Assembly (NCBI GenBank): GCA_964623085.1
Contig: CAZUTO010000002.1
Location: 51,498 to 115,497, forward strand
Length of the DNA: 64,000 nt
Reading direction: 5' to 3'
Source of the DNA: an uncultured Porticoccaceae bacterium
GTDB lineage: Bacteria > Pseudomonadota > Gammaproteobacteria > Pseudomonadales > GM7GCV1
The position numbers were made by a program, and so were the translations under genes. The notes beneath the pieces are model-generated. The model ran no database searches. It worked only from the letters and a program-made list of their open reading frames with translations, and was not told where the DNA came from. Shown in pieces: positions 48,669 through 58,000 of this stretch; within the stretch, counting starts at the first letter, position 1, and every line of letters begins with the position of its first letter.

Positions 48669-48792
48669 TCGTTGGGTAACCCATTTTGCCTTGTAAAGCG
48701 CGAGATGGGCAGTGGGTCCGTCGTTGTTTAAAAGCCAGTTGTCGGAAATACTGATCAAATACGTTAAAACATCAGTGTTAGTGGACAGAAAC

Positions 48793-49311
48793 TTAGTCTG
48801 CTACTGGTTGATAGCGAATGCTGGTGACCCAAGCGGTGGTGTTACCTTCCGGTGTGCTGTATTGGATTTCGTCGTCAATAGTTTTACCGATTAACGATTT
48901 TGACAGTGGTGAGTCCACACTGATCCAATTCTGTTTTGCGTCGATCTCATCGTATCCAACGATACGAACGCAAATTTCCTCTTCGTTGTCTTTGTTGTCT
49001 TTTTCCAATGTAACCCAAGCGCCAAAGTAAACTTTGGATTCGTCCTCCGGAATGCGATCGATAACATTCAATTCGTCTAAACGCTTACTCAGGTATCGTA
49101 CGCGCCGATCAATTTCTCGAAGTCGCTGCTTGCCGTATATATAATCGCCATTTTCAGAACGATCACCATTTGCCGCCGCTGCTTTAACAACTGCGGTAAC
49201 CTCCGGCCGTTCTACCTTCCAGAGGTGTTTTAGCTCCGCGCTCAGTTTTTCCGCTCCATCTACCGTAATATATGGCGAGCTTTTGGGTGGAGCGGGGCGC
49301 CACCGACCCAC
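48793..49311 (-). CDS. greB: transcription elongation factor GreB
   Basis: GDRSENGDYIYGKQRLREIDRRVRYLSKRL matches the GreB-type coiled-coil. GTG start overlaps the upstream stop (TAGTG). Confidence 0.85.
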   Translation of the reverse strand: MGRWRPAPPKSSPYITVDGAEKLSAELKHLWKVERPEVTAVVKAAAANGDRSENGDYIYGKQRLREIDRRVRYLSKRLDELNVIDRIPEDESKVYFGAWVTLEKDNKDNEEEICVRIVGYDEIDAKQNWISVDSPLSKSLIGKTIDDEIQYSTPEGNTTAWVTSIRYQPVAD

Positions 49312-51350
49312 TAATCTGACTCCAAATTATGGATTTCGAGATCATGAACAGTAGAGTCAGTATTGAAACCAAAAACGTTGCCATAAAAAGCGAGCTCGGC
49401 ATTAAATGCATGAAAGACATTTTTCGAATTCCGAAATCCGTGACCTTCATCGGTATAGGTAATTAAAGCGACCGGAATCTGCTTTTTCTTGAGCGCATCT
49501 GCCATGGACTCTGCCTGATTCGGCGGGACGACCTTGTCTTTTAAACCTTGGAAAAATATGGTGGGGCAGTCAAAGCCATCTATATGGCGAATGGGTGATC
49601 GCGCTTCATAGATATCGGAACGGCCCACTGGGGCGATCAGTGAATCCATATATCGCGATTCAAATTTATGGGTGTCATTCGCCAACGCACTTAGATCACC
49701 GATTCCGTAGAGGCTGCAGCCAGCGGTAAATACGTCTCTAAAACAAAGAGCGCTTAGTACAGTGTATCCACCAGCACTGCCGCCTCGAATGATAAGGCGA
49801 TCTGGATCTACCATAGCTTGTTCGACGAGGTGTGCTACTGCTGCACAGGCATCGTCGACGTCATAAATGCCCCATTTGCCATTGAGTTTTTCGCGATATG
49901 CTCGCCCGTAGCCGGTTGATCCACGATAGTTAATGTCTGCTACTGCAAAGCCGCGGCTGGTCCAAAACTGTACTTTTAGGTTAAACGTCGCCGTTGTAGA
50001 AGCTGTCGGCCCACCATGGCACAAAACAATTAGCGGCGGTTTTTCCTCTGTTGGTGCTTCGTAAGATCGGTTAGTAGGCGGGTAGAAATATCCGTAGGCT
50101 TCGTCATTCTCGGTGGTATGGAATTTAATCTCTGTTGGTGTCGCAATATCGTTATAGGACAAACCAAGGCTTGCAGATTCAGCAACGATTTCAATCTCCT
50201 TGTTAGAGATTGTGCAAAGTGCGGGTTGCACGCTCGCTCCAGCCGCAATCACCGCGGCGGTTTTTTTTAGAGGGTCTGTTGCTAGGCCGGAAAAATGGTT
50301 GTATGCGCTCAACGCTTGGTGATCGCACAGTCGTTCTGTTTTTTTAGTAGAGAGGCTCTCCCTGTTCATAGAAAGACTCACCGTCTCGATTTGCCAGTTC
50401 GCACCCTGGCAGCTGGTGACGATGATTTGCTCGTCGCTCAGAAAACCCCAAGTGGTCATACCGAACTGCCATAGTGGCAAGCCACACTCCCTCTCACTCG
50501 TGTGGACAGCACTGACAGTCGTATGGTCGTATTGGTAGATGTTCCATATTTGATCGCGGTCACTTACAAAGAATACTTTATTGTTGGGAGACCATTCAGG
50601 TTGAAAGATACTTTCGTTCGGTTGACCTAGACGATCTTTATGAGCGATATCGCCGAGCGCGTCGAATTCCGCAATACAGAGTTTTGTCTGATCCCATGGC
50701 ATATCGGGATGATTCCATTCCAACCAGAGGATGTTTTGCCCATCCGGAGATATACGCGGATGTGCATAAAAATCAGCACCGGAAGTTAGAATTTGAATTT
50801 CCCCGCTATCAGGATTCAATGAAACCAATTGAGATGTGGGTTCAGTGTGGGCGCTTTCATCGTTTTTAGGGTCATGAATTTCTGCTACTGCAACAATACG
50901 GTTTCTATCACAATCAAAGATGAGGTCAGCGAATCGATATGCTTGCTGGTTTGGTGTTTTTTCTTGCGATGGGCTTAGCGCCACTATGTTTGATGGCTCT
51001 AGCAGTGCTTGCCGATAGATGCGCTGATCTTTAGCGTTTACAAAAAAAAGATTTCCGTCGCCGACGGTGTAGCAAAGACCCCCGTACTCATGGGCGCCAG
51101 TTTGCACACTGTAGCTGTCTGGCGTTAGGGTCTGGATACTTCCGTCGTCGAGTCTTCTTGCAACCACCGTTCGGGCTGATTCTGCCGGGCGAAATTCCGT
51201 CCAAAAGAGGTTGTTTTCAAAAAAGCGAGGATAAGAAAAATCAGCACTTTTTTTCGCCATGAGCTCAGTGGAAATAGGCGATTGCCAGCTGCCATATGCC
51301 GATACTATTTTAGCGCCTCGGTCGTTAGTCGCCTTATTCACGTTAGTCAC
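49311..51350 (-). CDS. S9-family serine peptidase (prolyl oligopeptidase/acylaminoacyl-peptidase type)
   Basis: N-terminal beta-propeller region and a C-terminal alpha/beta hydrolase domain with GGSAGGY and the late DEGHGF block. Confidence 0.8.
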   Translation of the reverse strand: MTNVNKATNDRGAKIVSAYGSWQSPISTELMAKKSADFSYPRFFENNLFWTEFRPAESARTVVARRLDDGSIQTLTPDSYSVQTGAHEYGGLCYTVGDGNLFFVNAKDQRIYRQALLEPSNIVALSPSQEKTPNQQAYRFADLIFDCDRNRIVAVAEIHDPKNDESAHTEPTSQLVSLNPDSGEIQILTSGADFYAHPRISPDGQNILWLEWNHPDMPWDQTKLCIAEFDALGDIAHKDRLGQPNESIFQPEWSPNNKVFFVSDRDQIWNIYQYDHTTVSAVHTSERECGLPLWQFGMTTWGFLSDEQIIVTSCQGANWQIETVSLSMNRESLSTKKTERLCDHQALSAYNHFSGLATDPLKKTAAVIAAGASVQPALCTISNKEIEIVAESASLGLSYNDIATPTEIKFHTTENDEAYGYFYPPTNRSYEAPTEEKPPLIVLCHGGPTASTTATFNLKVQFWTSRGFAVADINYRGSTGYGRAYREKLNGKWGIYDVDDACAAVAHLVEQAMVDPDRLIIRGGSAGGYTVLSALCFRDVFTAGCSLYGIGDLSALANDTHKFESRYMDSLIAPVGRSDIYEARSPIRHIDGFDCPTIFFQGLKDKVVPPNQAESMADALKKKQIPVALITYTDEGHGFRNSKNVFHAFNAELAFYGNVFGFNTDSTVHDLEIHNLESD

Positions 51351-51357
51351 GATGTGA

Positions 51358-51678
51358 TTATCCGCCGCTCAACTTAACACTGAAGCCTTCTTTTTCAATG
51401 AGAGCCTTTAGACGGTCACGATGATCGCCTTGAATTTCGATACAGCCATTCTTTATCGCGCCGCCAGTGGCACATTTACTTTTCAGAAGCTTGTTGATGC
51501 GTTTGGTTTCGCTTAGTGGTATTCCACTAATGACACAGACTGCTTTGCCACCCCGTCCTTTGGTCTCGCGGCGTATCCGCACGAATGGATCATCGGCATT
51601 CTGGACGGGTTCCAAAGTTTCTTTAGGTTTAATTCTGCCAACGTCGGTTGAGTAAACTAAGCGGGAGTTTTTATTCAT
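51358..51678 (-). CDS. yciH: SUI1/YciH-family translation initiation factor-like protein
   Basis: 106 aa with RRETKGRGGKAVCVISG...CATGGAIKNGCIEIQGDHRD, the SUI1 pattern. Confidence 0.85.
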   Translation of the reverse strand: MNKNSRLVYSTDVGRIKPKETLEPVQNADDPFVRIRRETKGRGGKAVCVISGIPLSETKRINKLLKSKCATGGAIKNGCIEIQGDHRDRLKALIEKEGFSVKLSGG

Positions 51679-51801
51679 CTTTGTTGAAAAATAATAGATA
51701 GTCCTTCACATTATACTTAGAGCGAGCGGCTCTTAGGTTCGCAATAAGAATCGATGTAAATATAACAAGAAAATTTAATGTAGATCAGTGGAGGAAGGCT
51801 T

Positions 51802-52740
51802 GTGGAATTAGGAATTGTTTGGATTGGTTTAGCAGTCGGCTTAATTATCATGCTGTCCAAGATTGTCCGCATAGTACCGCAAAATGAGGCATATGTGGTG
51901 GAACGCTTGGGTAAATACAACAAGACGCTCGAAGCGGGTTTTCATATGCTGAGGCCCTTTTTTGACAAAGTAGCGTATAAGCATTCACTAAAAGAGCTCG
52001 CGATGGACGTTGCTTCACAGCAAGCGATTACGCGGGATAACGTGGCCTTAAGTATTGATGGCGTGCTTTATATTCGGATTGTAGATCCGAAGGCCGCATC
52101 CTATGGCGTGGAGAACCTGTATTTTGCGATTACTCAATTGGCACAAACCAGTATGCGCGCAGAGATTGGCAAGTTGTCTTTGGATGACACTTTTGAATCC
52201 CGAGAAAATGTTAACGCCAGAGTGACCGAGGCCATTGATGAGGCGTCCGGCGTATGGGGAGCAAAAGTACTGCGTTACGAGGTAAAAGATATTACACCCC
52301 CATCCAGTATTCTCGAAGAGATGGAAAAGCAGATGGGTGCAGAACGAGAACGCCGCGTGGCAGTCACTACCTCTGAAGGGTATCGACAAGCTGAAATCAA
52401 TCAGGCCGAAGGTGATAAACAGTCTGTGATTTTGCGGGCCGAAGGTAACGCCCAAGCTGTGTTGCTAGAAGCAAACGCAAGGGCCGACTCAATACGTGCG
52501 GTAGCGCAAGCGGTAAATCAGGACGGCGGTACAACGGCGATTGCACAGCAACTTGCTGAGCAGTATGTAGCAGCGTTTGAAAAACTTGCCCGCGAAGGCA
52601 CTGTGGCATTGCTGCCGGTTGACGGTGGGGATGTCGCTTCGGTCGTTGGTAAAGCATTTACCGCTTTCAATAGCTTGAAAGGCCAAGTTGAGGGCGTGGA
52701 AGGTACAGAGGGTATGAAAGGTGTAGAGGGCTTGCGATGA
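51802..52740 (+). CDS. SPFH/band-7 (stomatin-like, QmcA-type) protein
   Basis: N-terminal membrane anchor, an SPFH domain (VPQNEAYVVERLGKY...), and a coiled-coil region rich in A/E/Q. GTG start preceded by GGAGGAAGG. Confidence 0.85.
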   Translation: MELGIVWIGLAVGLIIMLSKIVRIVPQNEAYVVERLGKYNKTLEAGFHMLRPFFDKVAYKHSLKELAMDVASQQAITRDNVALSIDGVLYIRIVDPKAASYGVENLYFAITQLAQTSMRAEIGKLSLDDTFESRENVNARVTEAIDEASGVWGAKVLRYEVKDITPPSSILEEMEKQMGAERERRVAVTTSEGYRQAEINQAEGDKQSVILRAEGNAQAVLLEANARADSIRAVAQAVNQDGGTTAIAQQLAEQYVAAFEKLAREGTVALLPVDGGDVASVVGKAFTAFNSLKGQVEGVEGTEGMKGVEGLR

Positions 52741-53186
52741 GTTTGCTATCTGAACCGGTCTACTTTTTCCTGATACTGGGTGTGGCGATGATCCTCATCG
52801 AAATAGCTGTGCTCCAGCTGTCGACATTTTGGCTACTTTTTATCGGTATCGGGGCTTTGGCGGCCTCGCTACTACTTTATCTGGCACCAGGGGTCGGTTG
52901 GGTAGGGGGCATGGGGATTTTCGTTGTTACGACGGTAATCACTACCCTGTTACTTTATCGGCCATTGCGCGCTTGGCAAAATGCGCCATCGCCAATACAG
53001 GGAAATGATGCTATCGGTCAATCTGTTGAGGTTGTCGAGCGAATCACAGCGGATAGCCCTGGGAAAGTAACTTGGTCAGGTACTGAATGGCCGGCCGAGC
53101 TGAAGCAAGGTGAAGAGAAAGTGCTAGAAATTGGAGATCGGGCCGAAATTGTTGAACTGACAGGTATTACGTTGATTGTGAGTTAG
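52737..53186 (+). CDS. NfeD-family membrane protein
   Basis: Three or four TM helices followed by a C-terminal soluble OB-like domain (G.V....W.G.EW.A). ATGA start/stop overlap with the SPFH gene. This is the classic SPFH-NfeD pair. Confidence 0.8.
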   Translation: MSLLSEPVYFFLILGVAMILIEIAVLQLSTFWLLFIGIGALAASLLLYLAPGVGWVGGMGIFVVTTVITTLLLYRPLRAWQNAPSPIQGNDAIGQSVEVVERITADSPGKVTWSGTEWPAELKQGEEKVLEIGDRAEIVELTGITLIVS

Positions 53187-53249
53187 CCTGATTTTTAAGA
53201 TTGGTCATAAAGCTGATCAAAAATTTGTGGAAATTAGGGTTTGGAAAGA

Positions 53250-53418
53250 GAACCAGTTCAAATTCCGGGGCGTTAGGTATGAACTAGGTCACACTTAGAG
53301 TCTTGATAGCTGGCCTAGCTTTGAAACGTCTGTAGTATTGATCTCAGTCACGAATACATAGTTTCTCCTCCTCCTTCTATGTAATTTTATTTGCCCCGCT
53401 AGTCGGGGCATTTTTTTG
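53250..53418 (+). ncRNA. candidate sRNA, copy 1 (169-bp repeat unit; minimal core about 53354-53418)
   Basis: Stem TACATAG/CTATGTA (53355-53361 / 53377-53383) carries a 15-nt loop TTTCTCCTCCTCCTT (anti-SD). It is followed by AATTTTATTT and then the terminator GCCCCG-CTAGT-CGGGGC-A-T7 (53393-53417). The 5' end and promoter are not resolved. Confidence 0.5.
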
Positions 53419-53426
53419 CCTGATCA

Positions 53427-53466
53427 TTAATAGTTAACTCGATGTGTTAATAGTTAACCCGATGCG
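53427..53466. repeat. 2 x 20-bp tandem direct repeat, each containing a TTAA-TAG-TTAA palindrome
   Basis: TTAATAGTTAACTCGATGTG (53427-53446) and TTAATAGTTAACCCGATGCG (53447-53466) match at 18 of 20 positions. The second extends to GTTAA-TAG-TTAAC. The repeat is found only in the spacer upstream of sRNA copy 2. Confidence 0.6.
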
Positions 53467-53506
53467 TTGACGTCTCGAAAATGGATAAAAACAGCACTTA
53501 GAATTT

Positions 53507-53675
53507 GAACCAGTTCAAATTCCGGGGCGTTAGGTATGAACTAGGTCACACTTAGAGTCTTGATAGCTGGCCTAGCTTTGAAACGTCTGTAGTATTGATC
53601 TCAGTCACGAATACATAGTTTCTCCTCCTCCTTCTATGTAATTTTATTTGCCCCGCTAGTCGGGGCATTTTTTTG
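53507..53675 (+). ncRNA. candidate sRNA, copy 2 (identical to 53250..53418)
   Basis: 169 of 169 bases are identical to copy 1 at an offset of 257 bp. Anti-SD loop at 53619-53633. Terminator at 53650-53674. Confidence 0.5.
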
Positions 53676-53869
53676 TCTAATCATTTCTGATAGCTAAATA
53701 TATCTTTGCGATCTTGGTCCGCGACAATTCTCTATTTGAGCGCTTTATTGACTGGGTTTGTGCTCCTGCCCATTCAACATAAAAAAGAGTTATGATGTGT
53801 TCAGATTTTCTTAATCTAGAAGCCCATCAGTTCGTGCTACAAAGTTATAGGTGCTTCTTTCCTTGATCA

Positions 53870-55000
53870 GTGATGTTTATGAGCCTTTTCCGAAACCTTT
53901 GGAATTCAAAAAACTATCGAATTTCTCTCCTGCTGGCGCTGGTCATGCTGCTTTGGCTGGCAAGTGGAGTTTTAGTTGGAGAAACAGAAACTGAGAGTGA
54001 TCAGGAAACTGATCAAGCCCGGGAAGCCGAGGCCTCGGTGAAGGCCAAGGTAATTAATGCATCCGAGCTTCCATTAGTAGTGTCAATCCGTGCCCGTACT
54101 GAACCTAATCGAACAGTAGAGCTTCAAGCAAAAGTAGAGGGAACGGTACAGGCATTGCCGGTCAATAAAGGTGACTTTGTTGAAGCCGGTGAGGTTGTGT
54201 GTGAGCTTGAGGTAGAAGATCGAAAAGAAATACTTAATCAGGCTCAAGCGGGGTTGGAGAAGGCTGAGATCGATTACGACGGCGCGCAGCGTTTGGAGTC
54301 AGGTGGATTTCAGTCGCAGTCAGAGATTGCGCAAGCATTGGCAAGTTTGGAAGTCGCACGCGCTGCCTATCGACGCGCACAGCTTGATCTGGAATATCTT
54401 GAAATCAAAGCACCGTTCGATGGCTTTATTGATGAGCGCCCAGTTGAGTTGGGTGACTTTATGCAGCGAGGCGAAATGTGCGCGCGCATTCTGGATTTGG
54501 ATCCACTATTAGTAACAGGCCAAGTATCGGAAAAGGATATCGCTCAAATCGCTTCTGGCGATCCAGTAAATGCAACACTTATTACGGGCGAGGCGGTGAG
54601 TGGTGCTATTCGTTTTGTAGAGCGCAGTGCAGATGAAGTCACACGCACATTTCGCTTGGAGGCAGAGATTCCCAATTCGGAGTATTCATTGCTTAGTGGC
54701 GTCAGCGCGGCGCTTGAAGTACCCACCGGTACTGCGATGGCGCAATTAATCAATTCTTCACTGCTAATTCTGACCGATTCTGGGGAACTGGGTGTCAAGG
54801 TGCTTGATAACGACAATCGCGTGCGTTTGATGCTCGTGGAGCTTATTTCCGATTCCAGCTCGGGTGTCTGGGTCTCTGGTCTACCGCAATCGACGACGAT
54901 CATTACGCTTGGTCAACAGTATGTGTCTGACGGCGAGGCTCCTGTCGTGACTCTTGAAGACAGTTCAGCAAGCACTAGCGCTAGAACTGGGTCTCCATGA
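53870..55000 (+). CDS. RND efflux periplasmic adaptor (membrane fusion protein)
   Basis: N-terminal anchor, coiled-coil hairpin, lipoyl/beta-barrel blocks (IKAPFDGFI), and an ATGA overlap with the downstream RND pump. Confidence 0.85.
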   Translation: MMFMSLFRNLWNSKNYRISLLLALVMLLWLASGVLVGETETESDQETDQAREAEASVKAKVINASELPLVVSIRARTEPNRTVELQAKVEGTVQALPVNKGDFVEAGEVVCELEVEDRKEILNQAQAGLEKAEIDYDGAQRLESGGFQSQSEIAQALASLEVARAAYRRAQLDLEYLEIKAPFDGFIDERPVELGDFMQRGEMCARILDLDPLLVTGQVSEKDIAQIASGDPVNATLITGEAVSGAIRFVERSADEVTRTFRLEAEIPNSEYSLLSGVSAALEVPTGTAMAQLINSSLLILTDSGELGVKVLDNDNRVRLMLVELISDSSSGVWVSGLPQSTTIITLGQQYVSDGEAPVVTLEDSSASTSARTGSP

Positions 55001-58000
55001 CAATACTCTCGGCAGCTGTCGATCGTTACCGCAGCACGTTCTGTATTGCGTTTTTAGTTGTTTTTATCGGATTGTTTGCGCGAACGGAAACGTCAATTGA
55101 ATCGTTCCCAGACATCGCTGCTGGTAGAGCAACGGTTTCCGTATTTTTGGATGGTATTTCGCCGGAAGATAATGCTCGTCTGCTTATTCGTCCCTTGGAG
55201 CGCGAAATTCGCGGCATAGAAGGTGTCGAAGAAATAGATGCATCTGCGCGAGAATCTCTTGCCTATCTCCTTGTTGATTTTGAAGCAGGTATTGATATCG
55301 ACGATGCTTTGGTTGATCTGCGTGAGGCGGTTGACAGAGCGAAGGCAGAGTTGCCTCAGTCCGCAGAAGAACCCGTCGTACAAGAAATTTCAGCTGCGCT
55401 TTTCCCTACTATCGTTGTGGCGTTTTCCGGCGATGACGCATCAGAACGCTCACTTTTTCAAGCAGCAAGAGATATGGAACAGCGTATTGAATCGCTGCCA
55501 GATGTCCTATCGGCAGATCTTGGGGGGAACCGAGAGGAAGTATTAGAAGTCGTCATTGAACCCGCTCGTTTGGAGTACTACAACATTACGAGCGATGAAC
55601 TATTTACTGCAGTATTTAACAACAATCTTCTTGTTCCAGCAGGACAGTTGGACGATGGGAGCGGTAAGTTTGCGGTGAAGGTTCCGGGGCTAATCGAGAC
55701 AGCGACAGATGTATATGAATTGCCGCTTAAAGCCACCAACGATGGACTGATCACCTTAGGTGATGTCGGCGAAATAAGGCGAACCTTTAAAGATGCCGTG
55801 ACAGAGACCACTATTTCTGGGAAGAAGTCGATTATTTTGTCGGTTAGTAGGCGGACGGGAACAAATCTAATCGAAGTCGCTGAAGCGGTGAGGGAGGTCG
55901 TTAATGCTTCGAAAAGCGAGTTGCCGGGAGGCGTAGAGGTCTCGTTTTTACTAGATCAATCTCCATTTACACAGGACCTTGTAAGCGAAATGGAGGGGAA
56001 CATTGTTACGGCAATGGGTCTAGTGATGGTGATTGTTGTCGCCGTGCTTGGTTTTCGATCCGGCGTGCTTGTAGGGCTCGGTATTCCGTTTTCGTTGCTA
56101 TTCGGTCTCACGGTCAATTATTTAATCGGCTTTTCATTCAACTTCATGGTGATGTTCGGCATGCTGCTGGCATTGGGTATGTTGATTGATGGTGCGATTG
56201 TTGTAACGGAATACGCTGATCGAAGAATGGCAGAAGGCATGCGGAGTAGCGACGCTTATCAGACTGCTGTGAAGCGCATGTTTTGGCCGGTCACTTCATC
56301 CACAGCGACCACATTAGCAGCATTTTTACCACTGATGTTGTGGCCCGGAGTAGTGGGACAATTTATGCGCTTTCTTCCGGTAACGGTATTTGGTGTGCTG
56401 GTGGGCTCCCTACTTTACGCGCTGCTATTCGCTCCCGTGCTTGGCGCGGTGATCGGTGGGGGCGCAATGAGTGAACAGACACGTAAGCGCTTGTCTGAAC
56501 TTGAGCGGGAATCACCTTATAAACTGGAAGGATTTACTGGTCGATACGCGAGCGTTTTGATCACGCTTTTACGGCATCCTATAAAAACCTTTGGCGCTTC
56601 TATAGCCAGTTTGACGGGGATATTTTTTCTGTTTGTTTTTCTGTCAGCGGGCGTTGTGTTTTATACCGATTCCGAAGAGCCTTATGCCACTGTCTCTGTG
56701 AGAGCCCAGGCAAACTTCTCCGCCGCTGAAACAGCGGAAATTGTAAGGGAGGTTGAGCAGCGAATTGTTGAATTTCCTGAAGTCTTCGCAACCTATGCAA
56801 CTAGTGGCTCAGCTGATGATGGCAATACGTTTTCAGCGCCGGACAAGGATACGATTGGTAATATCTTTGTGGAACTCTATCCACCTGATACCTTTGAAAA
56901 AAAGGTTCGAGAAGTATTTGCGGAGATAGATGAAGCTACCGCAGATATGCCCGGTATTTATGTAAATGCATTTATTCAGGAGGCTGGTCCGCCTGTCGGT
57001 AAACCGATACAAATCGAGTTGCAGTCTAACGACATTGACAAGCTAATTAGAAACACGAGATTGATATCGAATCATCTTCTTAACGAGGTAGGCGGCCTGC
57101 GCGATGTGGTTGATACGACACCCTTGCCTGGTATTGAGTGGCAGATGATTGTTGACCGCGGTCTTGCCGCTCAGATGGGTGCCAATATTACGGAAGTTGG
57201 GCGGGCGGTGCAGTTGGTGACTAACGGTGTGTTAGTCGGCGCATACCGACCTGATAATGCCGAAGACGAGGTTGATATTCGAGTACGTTTTCCTGAACAA
57301 CATCGTGGTGTACAGCAGCTGGATTTACTGCGTGTGAATACACAGAGCGGATCTGTGCCTGTTTCAAGTTTTGTCTCTCGAGAAGCGCGCCCGAAAGTTG
57401 ATTCGATAAAACGGATCGATGGTGTACAGGTCATGACGGTGCGTGCCGATGTGGAACCAGGCGTGCTAGCTGACGATAAGGTAAAAGAAATCCGTGCTTG
57501 GCTAGAAACGGCTGATGTCGATTCAGACGTGCGTATTCTTTTTCGCGGAGCCAATGAAGAACAGGCGGAGTCGTTCGCATTTCTAGGCGTAGCCTTTACC
57601 TTGGCACTATTTTTGATGTTTATTCTTTTGGTGACACAATTTAACAGCTTCTACCAAGGGTTTTTGATCCTGTCATCTGTGATTCTTTCAACCGCCGGTG
57701 TTTTGCTCGGGCTAGTCGTCACTCAAGCCACCTTTAGCGTCATATTAACGGGCGTTGGTATTGTTGCGCTGGCGGGTATCGTCGTGAACAACAACATTGT
57801 ATTGATAGATACCTATAACCATGTGAGACAGCATGAGCCTCAGTTGGACAGAGTAGAAGCGGCAGCGAAGGCCGCAGCGCAAAGATTACGCCCCGTATTT
57901 TTGACCACAATCACCACCGTTCTAGGGCTTTTGCCGATTGCGACGAATTTGAGTATTGATCTCATTGGTCGTGACATTACGCATGGTGGGTCTGTTGCAT

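Noticed and set aside
53310-53326. A sigma54-like promoter (TGGCCT-AGCT-TTGAA) inside the sRNA repeat unit, analogous to Qrr sRNAs.
   Set aside because: The GG-to-TTG spacing is one base short of the strict TGGCAC-N5-TTGC geometry, and the -12 element is GA rather than GC. The sigma70 candidate (TTCAAA-15 nt-TATGAA) and the sigmaE candidate (GAACTA-14 nt-TCTTGA) also have non-canonical spacing. No promoter is called.
53250-53675. Possibility that the tandem repeat is a CRISPR array or a mobile element.
   Set aside because: There are only two copies. The unit is 169 bp, far longer than a CRISPR repeat, and no cas genes are present. There are no terminal inverted repeats, no target-site duplication and no transposase. 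Genome-wide copy number still needs checking to exclude a REP/MITE-type element.
53792-53866. A 24-codon upstream ORF (MMCSDFLNLEAHQFVLQSYRCFFP) just before the RND adaptor gene.
   Set aside because: It has a weak RBS and no recognisable features, and it is too short to judge without conservation or ribosome-profiling data.
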